Assembly (NCBI RefSeq): GCF_018977255.1
Contig: NW_024704743.1
Coordinates: 107,200,001 to 107,264,000, forward strand
Direction: 5' to 3'
DNA length: 64,000 nucleotides
DNA from: Callorhinchus milii
Taxonomy: Eukaryota
Numbering within the stretch: position 1 is the first letter of the stretch; each line of letters starts with the position of its first letter. Position numbers and translations under genes: made by a program. Below are positions 24,618-38,659 of the stretch, one piece after another. Below the pieces are notes generated by a model. It made no database searches. It saw nothing but the letters and a program-made list of their open reading frames with translations, and was not told the DNA's origin.

Positions 24618-25007
24618 CAGAGGTTCTCAATGTGGGGTGCGCCTCCTGTGTGTCTTTATGTGTGTGTGTGTGTGTGTGTGTGCATGAGTGTGTGTGTGGG
24701 GTTGCAGTTGTTTGCTGTTGTGATTTTCTGGAGTGTTTGTGCATCTTTACTTTGGCAGCTGTGATTTGTGCTCTTTTTGGGCAAAGCTGTGGGATAGCAT
24801 GGAGGATGCTTTGTGAAGTAGAATTGGTGCTTTTGACACTCATATTCTTATTGTAACTGTGTTGATCAGATTCCTTCTACTTTATTGCATGTATTCTTGC
24901 GGAGTATGGGATTTTCAGTTCTGTGTGTTTTATTCGTGAACTGTGAGAGGTGCAATTGTTTATTTTGGCTAAGGGAGGCTCACTATGACAAAGTTTGAGA
25001 ACCCCTG
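24618..25007. mobile_element. Non-autonomous hAT (Charlie-like) DNA transposon / MITE
   Basis: Terminal inverted repeats CAGAGGTTCTCAA and TTGAGAACCCCTG (12/13 match). The 8-nt flanks ttatggaa and ttataacc are only partly duplicated. Contains a (TG)n tract. Confidence 0.7.
24658..24697. repeat. (TG)n microsatellite; others are (TA)n at ~30017-30035 and ~34319-34333, and (TG)n at 63883-63900
   Basis: Directly visible dinucleotide runs. Confidence 0.9.
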
Positions 25008-25463
25008 TTATAACCTTCCACTACATTGTTTCGCCCACAAAATATACAGTCAATTCAGGGTTACCAAATGAAATGTATTTGACATGTAATATTCTGTTTT
25101 GTTGGTTATAAATGCATATATTTTAAAAATTGTTTAATTCTTGGGACAGTTTAGACCACTGTGCAATAGTTATGCAAAGTTTGCAAATAAGCAGTGAGAT
25201 TTACATTGAGAGCACAGTATGTCTTGATGCTACAATAATTATGTAAATGTTGTCCATATGCAAAATCAAGCAATATAAGCTGGAGAGGCAAGCAGCTGCT
25301 ACTTAAACTCCGCACCTCCAATTGGTGGAACCATTGCTCAATGGGAAAGGATGTGTGCCCGAGCCGCGGATAGAAAGACAGTGGCAATGTTCTCACGCAT
25401 TTCATGCCCACCAGTATGTCACAGGGAATTTCTTGTATCTACCATCCACCTTGTGAGGGCTCA

Positions 25464-25775
25464 AACCAAGCTGAGATTTCCATGCATCCCACCGAGACAT
25501 GGAAATCCCAGAGATAGATTGTGGGAAAGGATTTCGGCACTCTCTCCCTGGAGGGAACCCAAACCTTGGCTATTGCCAACCTGCACCTAATACCTTCCGG
25601 AATTAGGGAAGCAGGATGTGTCCCTCCAAGGAGAGAGTGCGCATTCCATTCCAACAATCTATCTCAGGGATTTCCATGTGCTGGTGGGATGCATGGAAAT
25701 CTCAGTTTGGTTACTCTTAAGCATAGTGATGAGTTTCCGCATGTGTCAGATACCCAGCTGACCAACAAAAAAGCT
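25464..25775 (+). repeat. Unnamed dispersed repeat with a ~93-bp inverted duplication; other copies at about 1-190(-), 244-330(-), 8897-8946(-), 37790-38075(+), 43098-43150(+)
   Basis: Shared motifs cttggct.ttgccaacctgcacctaata..., catggaaatctcagtttggtt and cttaagcat.gtg.tgagtttc.g.atg..tcagacaccca.ctgaccaa(a)n. Confidence 0.75.
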
Positions 25776-27347
25776 GGAGACAATGAATGTTACCCAATAG
25801 GAGCAGTTTTCATACTTTAAAATATGAATTTATGTTAACGTATAAAAAGCCTCGATAATTGTTCTACCCTTTAAATCAATATTTACTTTCAAGATTCATG
25901 GCCCTATATCTACATTCTGATTGGGTTTATGACAATCAATGGCGCTTAGCACACAAAATACATGTGCAAACAGTCTTTCAGCCCAAATGGAAATTTAAAA
26001 GTAAAACACAACAAAAGTAAACATTGAAATATAAATACATGCGCAATTTTTTTTACTGAGATTTAATCAACTGGAACCGATGCCTCTTCAGTGCTCATCA
26101 TAATGTTTTCACTTCATATGCTCCTCAATCCTCCTTTTGTTAATCAGCTTAGGAGGGGAACTGTTCTTTAGGGAGATGGTGGGAAGGGTGTTTGGATGTT
26201 CTACCACATCTTTTTTTCCCTTATTCCCAGTCTTTCTTGCTTGGGTTATTAGACTCAAGTTATCCCTAGACCCCAAGAAGATTCAATTCTCCCCCAGTAG
26301 ATTCAGTGACTTAAGTCATTTATCACATGGTTAGAAAATTGTTACTCTTTTTCACATCTGAATGAATCACTGAGCTGTCAAAATACCACAGTAAACTCTT
26401 GTCAGGGCCGGTATGAATTACAGCAGGTCAGAAAATCTTCATTTTGTGGCGAAAGGGAAGGGATTTTGTTTGCTTGCCTTTGGATGTGAGAGATGTTTGC
26501 CCTGTATTTTTGTCACATGTGGTGATGTGCCTTCCGAAGGAAGAGGTTTTTATTGTGATAATGGCTGTTTACTGTTTATTCATCCTTAAGGAGTTAAGGT
26601 AGTCCTCTACATTCACCAAGAAAGGAGGCATATTCTAACTAAGTATGATTATGGATGGAGAAGTCAGCCCGAGATTGTCAAATCCATTTATTTCAGGAAA
26701 TATTGTGTTGTGGGGTTTTCCATGCTCAGAAAGGATTTTTTTTCCTATTTCATGTCCTGTTCTAATAGGGTTTCTAATCGGGCTTTGATGTATAGGTGCA
26801 AAGTTTCAGACATTTTTTATTTTCTTCATTTAGAATTCATAGGAATACGAGAATAATTCATATTCAACCTAAGCACTGAGCATGTGCCTTTTTCATTATA
26901 ATTTCATCTGAAGGATGAAAGTCTCAGTATATATTTTTGAAAACTCACATAAGTAACTTTAATATTCTTTGCCATTCCTTCCTAATCCTATTTTCTTTAA
27001 ATCACATTGTTCAAATTGCAATTGCTGGCAACATGATTGAAGCTGGCTTGGAGAAGTTCCTGAGCCCAAGGGCACATTAACATATGCCGTTCAATTAACA
27101 AATCTCCAAACCACCCTGGGTTAATAACAGTTCTCAACTGATGTTAATGCAGTGTTCTCACACTGTTAGGCTCAGTGACTCCTCCTAGCTTTTTAATTTG
27201 AAACTTTACATAGAATATTAGAATCTCAGTAGTTATAGGATAACAGGATGTCCTTTGATCCGACTGGCTGGTGCTATATCATCCACTGGAGTCATCTACT
27301 CTAATTTCAATTTCCTGCACTTTCACATAACTGAAAGCTTTACGCAC

Positions 27348-27626
27348 CTTGGCTGTCTCATCCGTTTCATCTTCATGGACTGAGCTGGACGGTGATGGGG
27401 TAGCTGACTTGCTTCCTGGAGGGGACGGTGAGCTGTGTTGGATAGCATTTCCTCCCATATTAAGACCAAGTTGTGCACTAAGCTGGGACTGGTTTATAGT
27501 GGTCAGCTGACCGTGCTGCATTACTCCCGACTGTCTGATGTCTGTAGATCGGACAGTGGGTCTCATAATTGACATCTGTGGATGAGCGCTGTAATGGGTG
27601 GTCTCTGTGTTTCCCAAATCATGCAT
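27348..27626 (-). CDS. TOX: TOX coding exon (exon 4), 279 nt, phase 0/0
   Basis: MHDLGNTET...GQLTTINQSQLSAQLGLNMGG...SPSPPGSKSATPSPSSSVHEDETDETAK, with the TOX-family SKSATPSPSSS motif. Acceptor ttttccag|ATG; donor AAG|gtgcgt. Confidence 0.96.
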
Positions 27627-28764
27627 CTGGAAAAGAAAATGATTGGGGGGGAAGGGAAGAGGGAATAGAAATAATAAATAAAACTGTACTGCACAAAAAA
27701 CACACATATTTACATTGAGATGGATTGCATGAATTGTACCATGTTATATCCTACATGTGTTATTTGGGATTCATCTTAGGTCATGTGACTTATTAAAAAA
27801 AAGTATAAACGTATGTATATGAAAATAAAAGTAGTCTAACCGGGGTAGTCTAACCAAGGAAGAAGAATGTCAAAGCAATTTGCGTACATGCAGTTTTAAA
27901 TGGTGAGAGATAAGAATGCTAAATTTTAATGTCCTATTTCCAGTCACCGTACAAAGCGGCCTGAGTGCACAGAGTGGAGCACTAAGCAATCTTACTGTAG
28001 AGTCACTGCACTTCCCTGATCTGAACCGCAGAAACCTGCTGTCTGTCGCCTCAGGTAACATTGTCCATTATATATATTTCCAGCAAGCGCCCTGCAGAGT
28101 TGATAATACAAAACATTGGAGGACATTCTTGTCAATGGCCTTTTTTGTACACTGAGATCTGTGGTGAGTTATGCAGAGTTGATTTTAATTAGGCCCCTTT
28201 CCCAGGCTTTTAGTGAAACATAATTTGTACAGAATGTCCAATATCTATAAATATTTCAGACACCAAGATATCTAAATAATTACATCAGTCTAAAATAAAA
28301 CATTGTTACATCTATTGTGATCAAGTTAGCACTACTGTTACATAACTGCGTATGCTGTATCTCCAATACAATTTTTGAACCCGAAATTGCACCTGGGTTT
28401 AGCCTTCAGTCTTTAAACATCAGATGGTGCAGAATTTCAGTAAATAACTGTTCATTCTTAATTTGAAGATGATGTTTATCAGTCCTCTTTTAAGAACTAC
28501 AGAAAACAACTTCCCAAATTAAGACTACATTAAAGAATCTACCAAGATTTTACAGAATCTGAAATTTTAAGGCAATGGTCTTAATGTATATCATCCAAAT
28601 GGAAGTCAACAAAGTAACTTAAGCGGGTTTCTGAAAGTGGATCTGTACCCGGGGTTATTACAACTTACAATTGTAAGTAAATTATTTAAACCCTTATCCA
28701 CAAAAAACGTCAAGTCCAGTTTACTTGACACAAGCTGAACTGAAGGAAACCTCCAGTGGTATAT

Positions 28765-29076
28765 AATAATAATCCTTACATTTGATATAACACCTTATCA
28801 CTTTGTTGAGATATTTCAAACTGCTTCGAAGAATGTACTGCAAAATGTAGTGCCTGTCTATTTTGTAGGCAAACGTGGCTGTCAATTTGGGAACAGCAAT
28901 GTCCCACAAACAGCCATGAAGTGAACGACCAATTTTATTTGAGGGATTATTGGCCAGGAAACTGGGAGAAATTGTAAATAACCAATTTATTATTGTTTTT
29001 TTTTGGAGGGATTATTATTAGGCATGTAGAGTAAGGAAACTTGCCCAAGATTTTGCCCTGCCTGGAATTGAACCCA
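28765..29076 (-). mobile_element. 5'-truncated or composite copy of the young SINE
   Basis: Shares the tail and gtaaggaaacttgcccaag..gccctgcctggaattgaac with the 11053 copy. Confidence 0.8.
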
Positions 29077-32000
29077 AACACATATAGTATAAAACTAGAG
29101 GTTTATGGGTTTGTTAATGAAACAGCATGATTTGACAAAATGATATTACCATAATAACAAAATATATAAACTAGGTGGGGTAGTGATAAAGGCCATTGGT
29201 GCACCAGGGTTGTAAAACACTGACTTGCACCCATGTCTCTCACCTTACAAAGTTTAGCCAAGGCAGCTGCTGAAAGGCAAAGAGGTGCTATCGGAGCAAA
29301 GAGGAAACCAGAATGTGAGTCAAGTGGTGTCAGTTTCTCACAACTCCCAAAACATATATTGATAGTGGATTAAGTAGAATTGGGAAGTGAATTGGGTAAC
29401 GATCATCCATTCACTCTCTCAACTCAGGGAATAGTCATTCACACTGGAAAAACCTAAAAATGAGGAGAAACGTACCTCTAAACCCAAACATAAAGATATT
29501 TCCTCACATACAGAATCTAGGCTTGTGGTAAATGGTATTAAGTGTTGATTCAGGGTGGGCCAACATTTGTATATTATATGTTGCAAAATGATCCACTAGT
29601 TTGTTTGGATTCATGATGCCACACAAGTTGTTTCAAGTCATTGGTTTTAAAACGTAAACAAACAATTTCAAGGTCCTATTCGACTTTTTACCATCACTGG
29701 TGGTGAAAGATTAAAGTCTGACCCACACCTATCTGACTTGCAAAAAATGATTAGAGCAAATAACAGGGAGGAAACATTCAGTTTTTCTTTCGATGCAGTG
29801 CAAGTGGTTTATTTAGACGTTTCCGCCATCTAACCTTAAAACCACCACAACAGCTGGCTTGTGAAAAGTGAGACCTTAGTCACACAAGTACATGAAATTG
29901 GAAATCTAATACTAAACTGATACTTTCAAAAACAATTCAGACATTATCCCTCCTAAGAATCTTAAAACAGCTGTGATTATTATAGGAAAAATTAATGGAG
30001 GGCACAGTTTGTATATTATATATATATATATATATAACTGGATATTCATGTGGTGTAGTCCGGGACTCAGCAATGCACAATATCCCCAGTAACAAAGACA
30101 ACAACCTGCATTTATCAAGCAACTTTCATGTAGGGTAAAGTCTCAGAAGTGCCCACAAAATGACAGTCAATTAATTTTACAGTATATTCTGTGAAGCGCT
30201 TTGAGATGACTCGAACATGTGATAATGCAATATCAAATGCAACGATTATTATTATTCACGGAAATAGTGCCAAACACCAAGCACAGAGCGTCGGGGGAAG
30301 GGGGGATGGAAGAGAGGTGCAGAGGAGAAGGGAGATGACACAATCAAAGAGGTAAGTTTTCAGGAATTTTTTTTAAAGACACTTGGGGCAGTGGGTGAGG
30401 CAAAGGTATTTAGAAAGGGAGTTCCTGAAGGTAGAATCATAACGGATGAAAGCTCAGCCACCCATGATGGGGCAGAGGGGGTGAGGAGTGCACGGCAGGC
30501 CAGAGTTTGCTGAGTGGAGGGGTAAGTGTGAGATTGAGGTTCTATTGATCTTCTGACTTCAGAATGTACTGTATTATTACATTCAATAAGAATTACTACA
30601 AGACACATCACATTGGTGTCCCAAACTGGTAGGCAGCTTCCACATTGAAAACAAATGAAAAACAACTATTTGAAGAAATGAGGATATGGAATACTGTGTC
30701 TATGGTGATCCTATTAGTAGTTTTTCATTTATAAATTTAATTGATTCAGAGGTTATTTATGTAACATATTTGTAATTGGTTCAGATGTTATTTATGTTAA
30801 GTCCATTATGAATGACTACAGGGAAGAATAAACATGGTAATTCACTGATGCAACAGTGCTCTTAACATCCAGGAGGGCATCCAAACACATCTACTCACGC
30901 AGTGTTTCCTACACAGAGCAATACAAACTAAACAGTTGGTTACAGAGTATGTTGTATGTCCAGCTACTTCTGGTATTAAAAGACAGACCCCTGTGCTGTG
31001 TACAGGATTGCTTTGATCCCACGTTGATTAATTGACCTTTTTGGGGCTTGGAGTTTGGAGAATCATCACCATGCAATTTGCCTGAAAAGACAATGCTAAT
31101 ATTGCCAGTGCTTCTTTCCCCAGTGTTTTCTGAATGGATAGCCAGCCCACTGGCATTGCTTAACACCCTTGCTGCATTAAGCAATGCCAATGAGTCAGAA
31201 ACGTCCTCAACAAAACAAATTGTATGTATATAGCACCCTTCACGTGGGGCAGCGACTCAGAGCGCTTAATATGCAATTTACTCATCGCAAATGCACAATC
31301 ATTTTCCTGTCACTACTACAGTTGGGAATAATCTTTACGGTGAGGTATTTGGTTAAGCAAATGATAGAGAGAATGAGAGAGAGAGGCGGAGGGAGGAATG
31401 TAGAGAGGAAGGTGGGTATCATTGTAAGGTAAGTGACATGCCATTCACATGTAATTAGATTTTACTGAGTTAAGCAATTAGTTCTAATCTTATACAGCTT
31501 ACTTTATGTGTAGGTCACCACCACCAAGACCACTAAATGTCCTGAATTTACCAGCAAAGAGTAATCTCTGCATTGTTATCTATTGAAGGGTTCACTTTAC
31601 CGTTAATACAATACTTTGTGAAAAAAATGTTTGGTTCTCCTCCAAGAACTTTTATTTCCAGATGTTTTATTACACACACACAGTTGTTCCTGCTATGGAG
31701 CCAGTGGTATGAATGAAATTAGAGACTTTTTAAAAACAAAACACAATTTATTATACAGAATTCCAATGACATGAATCGCAAATTTTTCAGATAAAAACAA
31801 GAAAAAAAACAAGTAGCAAGGGTTTGAGTCATATAGTTGGATCCAAGAAGAGAATTGTGTTTCTTTTAACACCAAATTTGAAGCTGCATATATATTTATA
31901 ATTACCATAGCATCTGGTGGAACCTATGCAAATTAATCTTTTAAAGGCAAGATTGCTGGCATTGTTTGGAGTGTAGCTATTTACATAATTGTTTAATATC

Positions 32001-32359
32001 ATATAACAGACAGATGTTGCACTAACCCTTAGTGGTCTGAGCAACATTTCTGCGAAACTTCCCAAAACAAGACAATCTGAAAACTTTGCAGTGTTTTTAA
32101 AGAGGGTGCAATTAATGGAGGTTTGCTCTAATAATAATTTAATCCTTTCATTTGATATAGCGCCTTATGTTGAGACGTCTCAAAGCGCTTCGCAGAATAT
32201 ACTGTAAAGTGAAATGACTATTTTGTGGACAAAACGCAGCAGCCAATCGTGCACAACAGTGCCTTTAATGTGCTTCATTTTGTGCCCAACTCTTCTGCAG
32301 CACCCTACTCCAGTATAGCAGTTCAGAAAATAATCCAATGGTCTGGTGTAGCATTAACC

Positions 32360-32446
32360 TTGCAGGTTACAGATATGAATCGTGATCTGCACTGAATTAG
32401 CTGATCTCAGCCGAAGGTTGCAGTCGAGATGCTACAATTGGTCTTC
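32360..32446 (+). mobile_element. AmnSINE2-like fragment
   Basis: tctgcactgaattagctgatctcagccgaagg..gcagt..gatgctacaattggtc. Confidence 0.55.
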
Positions 32447-35400
32447 ATGTCTCTATATTAGGGAGACATAAATCAGCCTGAGTTCATGTTCCTCATTCCT
32501 CGTGTTCATCAAGTGATGTGTGTGCGTATATGTGTATGTAAAAAAAAACGGGATGGGACGTATGATTAGATGCAATAATCTGCGAACACTTACACTGTCA
32601 AGGCCACTTGAAAGGTACTGGAGGACAACCCTGACATAGTGGGAAAAAAAGGAGTAGAAAAAAGGCAAAAACAAAGGAGTTGAGAAAGGAAATTTGAATG
32701 CATAAGGTACAATTGGGTAGGAGAGACTTCGGTGAGAATAAAAATTGTGGGGAAAATAAACACTGAAATAAAAGTTAAAAGTCTTATCCGTCTGGGAAGG
32801 TTTTGATTTACTGCTAGATGCAAAACTAGCTAAATAGCTGCTTGTACTAATAAGGAATGCAAGCCCAGGAATGTTTGGGGTGATTACAGAGATTGTGTTT
32901 TCTAACTGACAAGATTTTCTAAAGCACCATTCTGATCAGAAATCTATCTAATCCCTGACAACAACCACTTTCGTTTCACATCGAGAAACTCTTTACTTTT
33001 GTGCAAAGGCCTATCATTATTACTGTCATTTTGGCATAATGTATATCAAAACACTTGTATCTTGGCTGTAAATAGTGACTACTGCTTTGCTGTGTCTGTT
33101 CTGGGCCAGCTGTTCCTCTCTGCTGCATATTGTACAGCAGTTGGTGGCCGGGGAAACGAATGTGGGCAGCCCCGAGGCGCTGTTTGTTAATGTTACTTAC
33201 CAGCTGCTGCTTATGTGGTGTTAGCAAGCAGGTCTGGAAGTGTGCCAACTTTCAACAGAAGAAGTGAGGTGTCTCTGAAGCCTTTCCATTTACCCCTGGC
33301 TGTCATCACTTGACACTGAACAGTGGTGAGTGTGATCCCCAGGGCTACTGAGAGAGACTGCTGGAGTTTATTGTAACTACAGCCTACTGGCCCTGCTTAC
33401 ATGCTGCTCACCATGTACTACTCGCAAAGACCAAAGCAAAACTCAGCAGATGTCTGAATTTTTGATTCTTATTTATACAGAGTTCTGAATGCAAGTACAG
33501 AGTGTCCGTAAAGACCATTTACTTCCCATTTTTTCTTCCTACAGTGCCCTGAACAACAACTGAAACATGTGGAAGAATGATGATAATTGTGTTTTGAAGT
33601 ACTTAATTGTTTTTAGTACAAGTGTTTAGACGTCCAGAGGATTGGTGTGAGCACCATCATGTTTATGGCAGATAATGCTCTATTGCCATGTGCAGTGCTA
33701 CAGCTTGCATAATGTAAAGTCAATTCACTTTACAGTATATTCTGTGAAGCGCTTTGAGATGTCTCGGAGACGTGATAAGGCGCTATAACAAATGCAAGGA
33801 TTATTATTATCATGATGGAATAACGAGGACAAAATGCATCTCTGACAGCTTGCATCTCCTCCGTAGTCTCATATCGCTGTTTTGTAACAGGGGAGTAAGA
33901 GGACTTTGTGGACACCATGTAGAACCAATACTGTAGGAAACACAGCCACAGATTTATATTATTTTAGAGAAGAATGAAAGCAATTCTATTGCATTGTATT
34001 GGAATCATTAAACTGCAGCTATTTTCCTGACTTTCCCTTCTCCCCTTCCAGTTTTCTGTCGTCCTCTCCTCCACTACTGTACCGGCTCTCAGAAATTGGC
34101 ACCCATTTATAATAATAATATTATTATTATTGCATTTGAAAAGTGCCTTATCACATCTTCTAGACGTCTCAAAGCGCTCACAGAGCATACTGTAAAGTGA
34201 ATTGACTATATTTTTGGGGGTGAAATGCGGCATTTGGGTGAAATGCACACAGTAGTGTCCCACAAACAACCGTGGATTGAGTTACAAATGTGTATATTTT
34301 TACATATATGTAAATTTTTATATATATATATATGAAATCTCTATCAAGTGTTACTTGATAGTAAACAGAAGCAGGGTTCCTGGTTTAATTGTTTTCCTCT
34401 CAAGAGCACTTAGCTCAACATAGCTCAGGAATTTTATCCCTATCAGTGTAGCTTGGTGTCACTCTGAGTATTTTTGGTTCCTGTATTTTTGCATTTACAT
34501 AAAAATTCTCAGAACAGCTCAGTGATGGTGGCTGTTAATTTAGGGAGTCATGGATTCCATTCGCCATAATGTCTGACCACTAAATGGCTACTTGCTCACT
34601 TGTATGTTTTAAATCATTCGCCACTGTTTTATTTCAAATTTTGCAGAAAGTTTCAGTATACAATTGGGAATCTAGCTTTAAATAGTTTTAAAATATTTTT
34701 AAAAACGCACAGGCTTTTGAAAGTAATTGCAATTAGCTTCCCCAGCACTGTTTCGGAGAGATTCTGGTAAGAGTAAGAAAAACATGCTTTTATACAGGGC
34801 TGGTTGGTTGAGTGTATTTGCAACACATCCACAGGTTACAGCAGTGCGAAAAATCACCATGAAGGTGTTTCTGACAATCAAATTGAACAAAAATTGCAAC
34901 ATTTATTGCAACAGTTTGCCTCTCATTTGTTACTATAAGTAGCTGCCTGTCTTTCCTGTAACGCTTTGGTAAAGCTGAGTAAAGCTTTCCACTACATGCT
35001 GTTGCAAAAGACTAATTAAGTCTGTGTTGGCTTGTGTGCAAACTAAAGTGTGCAGACCAAATAGCTCAAGCAATGTTGTTAATTAACCCATCAGCACCAA
35101 TTGACAATTACTACATTAAATACGTGCAAATGTGCTGTTAAAATGTTTCTGCATAATTTGTCTCCTAAATCGGACAAACTGTTGAATTGGTCTGTGTTAA
35201 ATCATTGCTATATTGTGCTTAACTTGATTGCAACCCCTCATAAGTGAGGACTGAAGACCTGCAAATGAGAGTTGAGTGACTTGTAAAACTGACATGGTTT
35301 ATATTCTGGAGAGAAAAGTCATCAGTCACCAGTGAAGAACACATCTCTTCTTGTTTAAATGTTTAACTTGGTTTATTTGAGTTTAGACAGGCCAAACAGA

Positions 35401-38400
35401 GAGTCCCTGTTGATATGCAATTGAAGTATGAGAAGAAAAAGTGTAGAAAAAGTTGAACTAGTCGTTGCCAGTCTCCAGAATTGAATGAAACTCCTACATT
35501 GTCTGCTTCACTGTATAATTTCATTCTTTATCAAGAGCTCCCTCAACCATGAAATTGAAAAAGCATGTTAGTAAATGAACGTTACCATCTTTTGAGAGAC
35601 AAAAAAATAACCAGCTTAACTACTAGAATATATAATGACAGAAAAGAATAGATCTTGTCAGAAAAGAGTTAAAGTAATAGGTTTTTAATCCCAAATGTGT
35701 GGCTTGAACAGATATATGACACGTCAGCAACAAAGGCAGCCCTATGTTGTTTAAAGATTGAAGAAACTGTTATGATAGATGAAAACTGTTATAATCGTGG
35801 AATAGAAGCCTTTTTCAGGAGTGAGATGATCACAAGTATTGCTTTGGGGTCTATGAGACAAGTTGAACAGACAGTCCTTTCACTTCTGAGAGGTGGGGCT
35901 GGGGCCTGGCCCAGGTGAAAAACTCTCTCTTGCTGCAGCACAAGATATAACATGCAATGTGTTCTGAGAAGCCTTAATCTGTCCCTTTCTTATCTTCTCA
36001 TGTTCACAACACTAATTTAGCCATAACGTGGTATTAACATGTTGCATTTGGGGATACTTTCTGTGATATGAGGGTGCAGAGGATGGAGCGCTGCAAAGGA
36101 ATCTGTTCCCTACTTTTGACTTGAACTGCAGTTGACCTGAGAGTGTTCAATCCAGACAAAGTGAGAAGCTGTTCCATCTCCCAGAATGGGCATCTGTTAT
36201 CATGATGAGCACAAAATTACCTATGTCTATTCTTAACAGTTCTGTATTAAAATCTAACAGCAGCATATTTAATGTGTCCCCCACCAATACTATGTTAGAA
36301 CCTTTATGGAATACTAAAATAATCAAATGTCATAGTCTGACAATGCTCACTGCCCCAGAGGGTTTTATACATAGAATGAGAACACAGTTCAGCTTTATTA
36401 AGCTATGGACCTATGTACATATATTGCTGTAAGCCTTGTTGGGTCTCCCACTTCAGTGTGTTGTGGAACCATATTAAAGTTAATTTTGATTAGTTTAATT
36501 AACAATATGCAGTATGGTTTACATTTTACTGACAGTTTATAGATCTGCAAGCTAATATTTTAATGGAACTCAAGACTGCAGCTTAAGTCTGCAGTTCACG
36601 CAAATGCTGTTAAGCAATTTGTCTGCAATGGTAAGGTAACTGACACTGACCGGTATAATCACATGTGAAGTCATGCATTAGTTGTTAATGAAACAATGGA
36701 CTAATCAATGGTTGTGTTACTCTAATAGAAACTAATACCTGAGAAGTGGCAAATAAATAAAATTGTCTTAAAGTGCTCCTGGGAATCATAATGCAACAGC
36801 CTTGAACATAGAGACATATGGATTGTAAGCAGATTATTTGAACTGGATTATAAGACTAGATCTAGAAAATAAATAGCTATACAGATGCAGACTAAGATGA
36901 ATAACAGGCTCCATGGAACACAATAGCATATGTTTATATGAGCTCTATTTGTGAAGGGAGGCCAGGGTTGTATAGCGACGTGGAAATGGATGAATATTCT
37001 GGAGCTTTCACTTGATTTGGGGATCAGGGAGTATCAATGCAGAGCTTTCTCCAAAGGGAAGGGAAGAGGGGTGGAGTCTATAACAGGACAGGTTTTACTT
37101 AGTCATTGCAAGGAGAAGGCTTGGTATACAATGCTTTCACTGGTTGCTCATGGCAGCTGCACACAGTCCCTGCTGGCTAGCAACAATTTAATGGAATGCA
37201 GTAGCTCAGAAAGGTTAAGCAATATTACAGCATACTTTGATATGCTCCAGGATGGCTATGCTTCTGCAATAAATAACAGGTTTCTCTCCTCCAGGCCATT
37301 ATTTCAAGACTCCAGAGTTATTCAGGTTGTTACTCTGCTCCTTTGGTATTAACAAGGTTAAAAGGTGTGAGAGTAAGACATGACTGAGAATGAAGTATGA
37401 GAAAGAAAATAAAAACTTTTCTTTAGTTTTGACAATTTGCACTCAGCTTGTGTGTCAGTTAGGTTCAGTTGGTAGTACACTCACTTAGAGTCATTAGATT
37501 ATGGGTTCAAGCCTCGATCAGGATGTGAGCTTCTTCTGTTTTTTCTGGTGGGTGCGAAAGATCCTATGACAATAATCAAATAAAGAAGGGAATTTCTTTT
37601 GCTGTCCTGACTAACAATTCTTTAAATTAATTATTCATCCACCTCACTGTGTTTTGTTAGACCTTGCTAGAGAATGACTGCCTTGTGTGCCTCACAAACC
37701 TCTCAGTTCCTGTTACCCCACCTGTAAGACAAAGCCCTAACGGGTATGGAGGTGCTATCTCGCTAGCAGTGGGAAGCTTGCCTGACAGTGCTATTGATGG
37801 TAAACTATACATTTGTAGATGGTTGAACTCAAGCAGTACCCCAAGACACACTCTGTGGTCCTCAAAGCTTGGCTCTTGTCAACCAGCACCTAATATTCTC
37901 TGAAATTAAGTAAGCAAGGTGCATCCCTCTGGGGAGTGAGGGAGTATTATTTTCCAAACACAGGAATTTCCATTTTGTGTAGATAGCATGCATGGAATTC
38001 TCAGCCTGATTTGGAACCTCTTAAACATGGTGGTGAGTTTCTGTATGCATCAAGACACCCAACTGACCAAAAAAATTGCCTCACAAATTTTTATGTTTCA
38101 TGGGGACATTTTTGTGGTGAAAACAGTAAGGATCAGAAATATGCAGCAAGATGCAGAAAGTGATTTCAGCAACAACCTGAGAAACTACCATTATTTAGAC
38201 TGGAAAAAGCCAGTTAGTGACAGGTACATAGTAGACCTAAGCCATAAGAAAGACAGCACTATATGAAATTACGCTATCATGGGGTTTTCCTGCATCAAAA
38301 TATTCTCCCAACGATGTTCTATGAGTCTATTTTCAACAAGAACCCTACCATTTTCTTCCTTTAATGTCATCTAGGTTTCATTTCTCTGTTCTAACATGGA

Positions 38401-38659
38401 GGCCCCATTTTACATTCAGCGCTCCTACTGAGTTGAGTTATAAACCGGTTTGGGAGGTTTTCCTCCATACAAATCACAAGTGCTAAATTTAATCCCACCT
38501 CTTTTAACCCTTCAAGAAAATGAGTTTCCCTGCAAAAAAAAACCTTTAAAGCATCATTTTATTCAAAGCACGTAGCATGTTTTAATCTTCCTAATCTGAT
38601 TTTAATATCCCCAATATTAATGTCAATTGGGAGAAAAATTAAAAAGTAATTGAACACAT

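Noticed and set aside
36951..37352. Other 60-140 aa ORFs in the track (e.g. 36951-37352, 51573-51941, 57281-57697)
   Set aside because: No recognisable domains or coherent splice context; many start at non-ATG codons or overlap SINE tails. This is expected background in intronic DNA.
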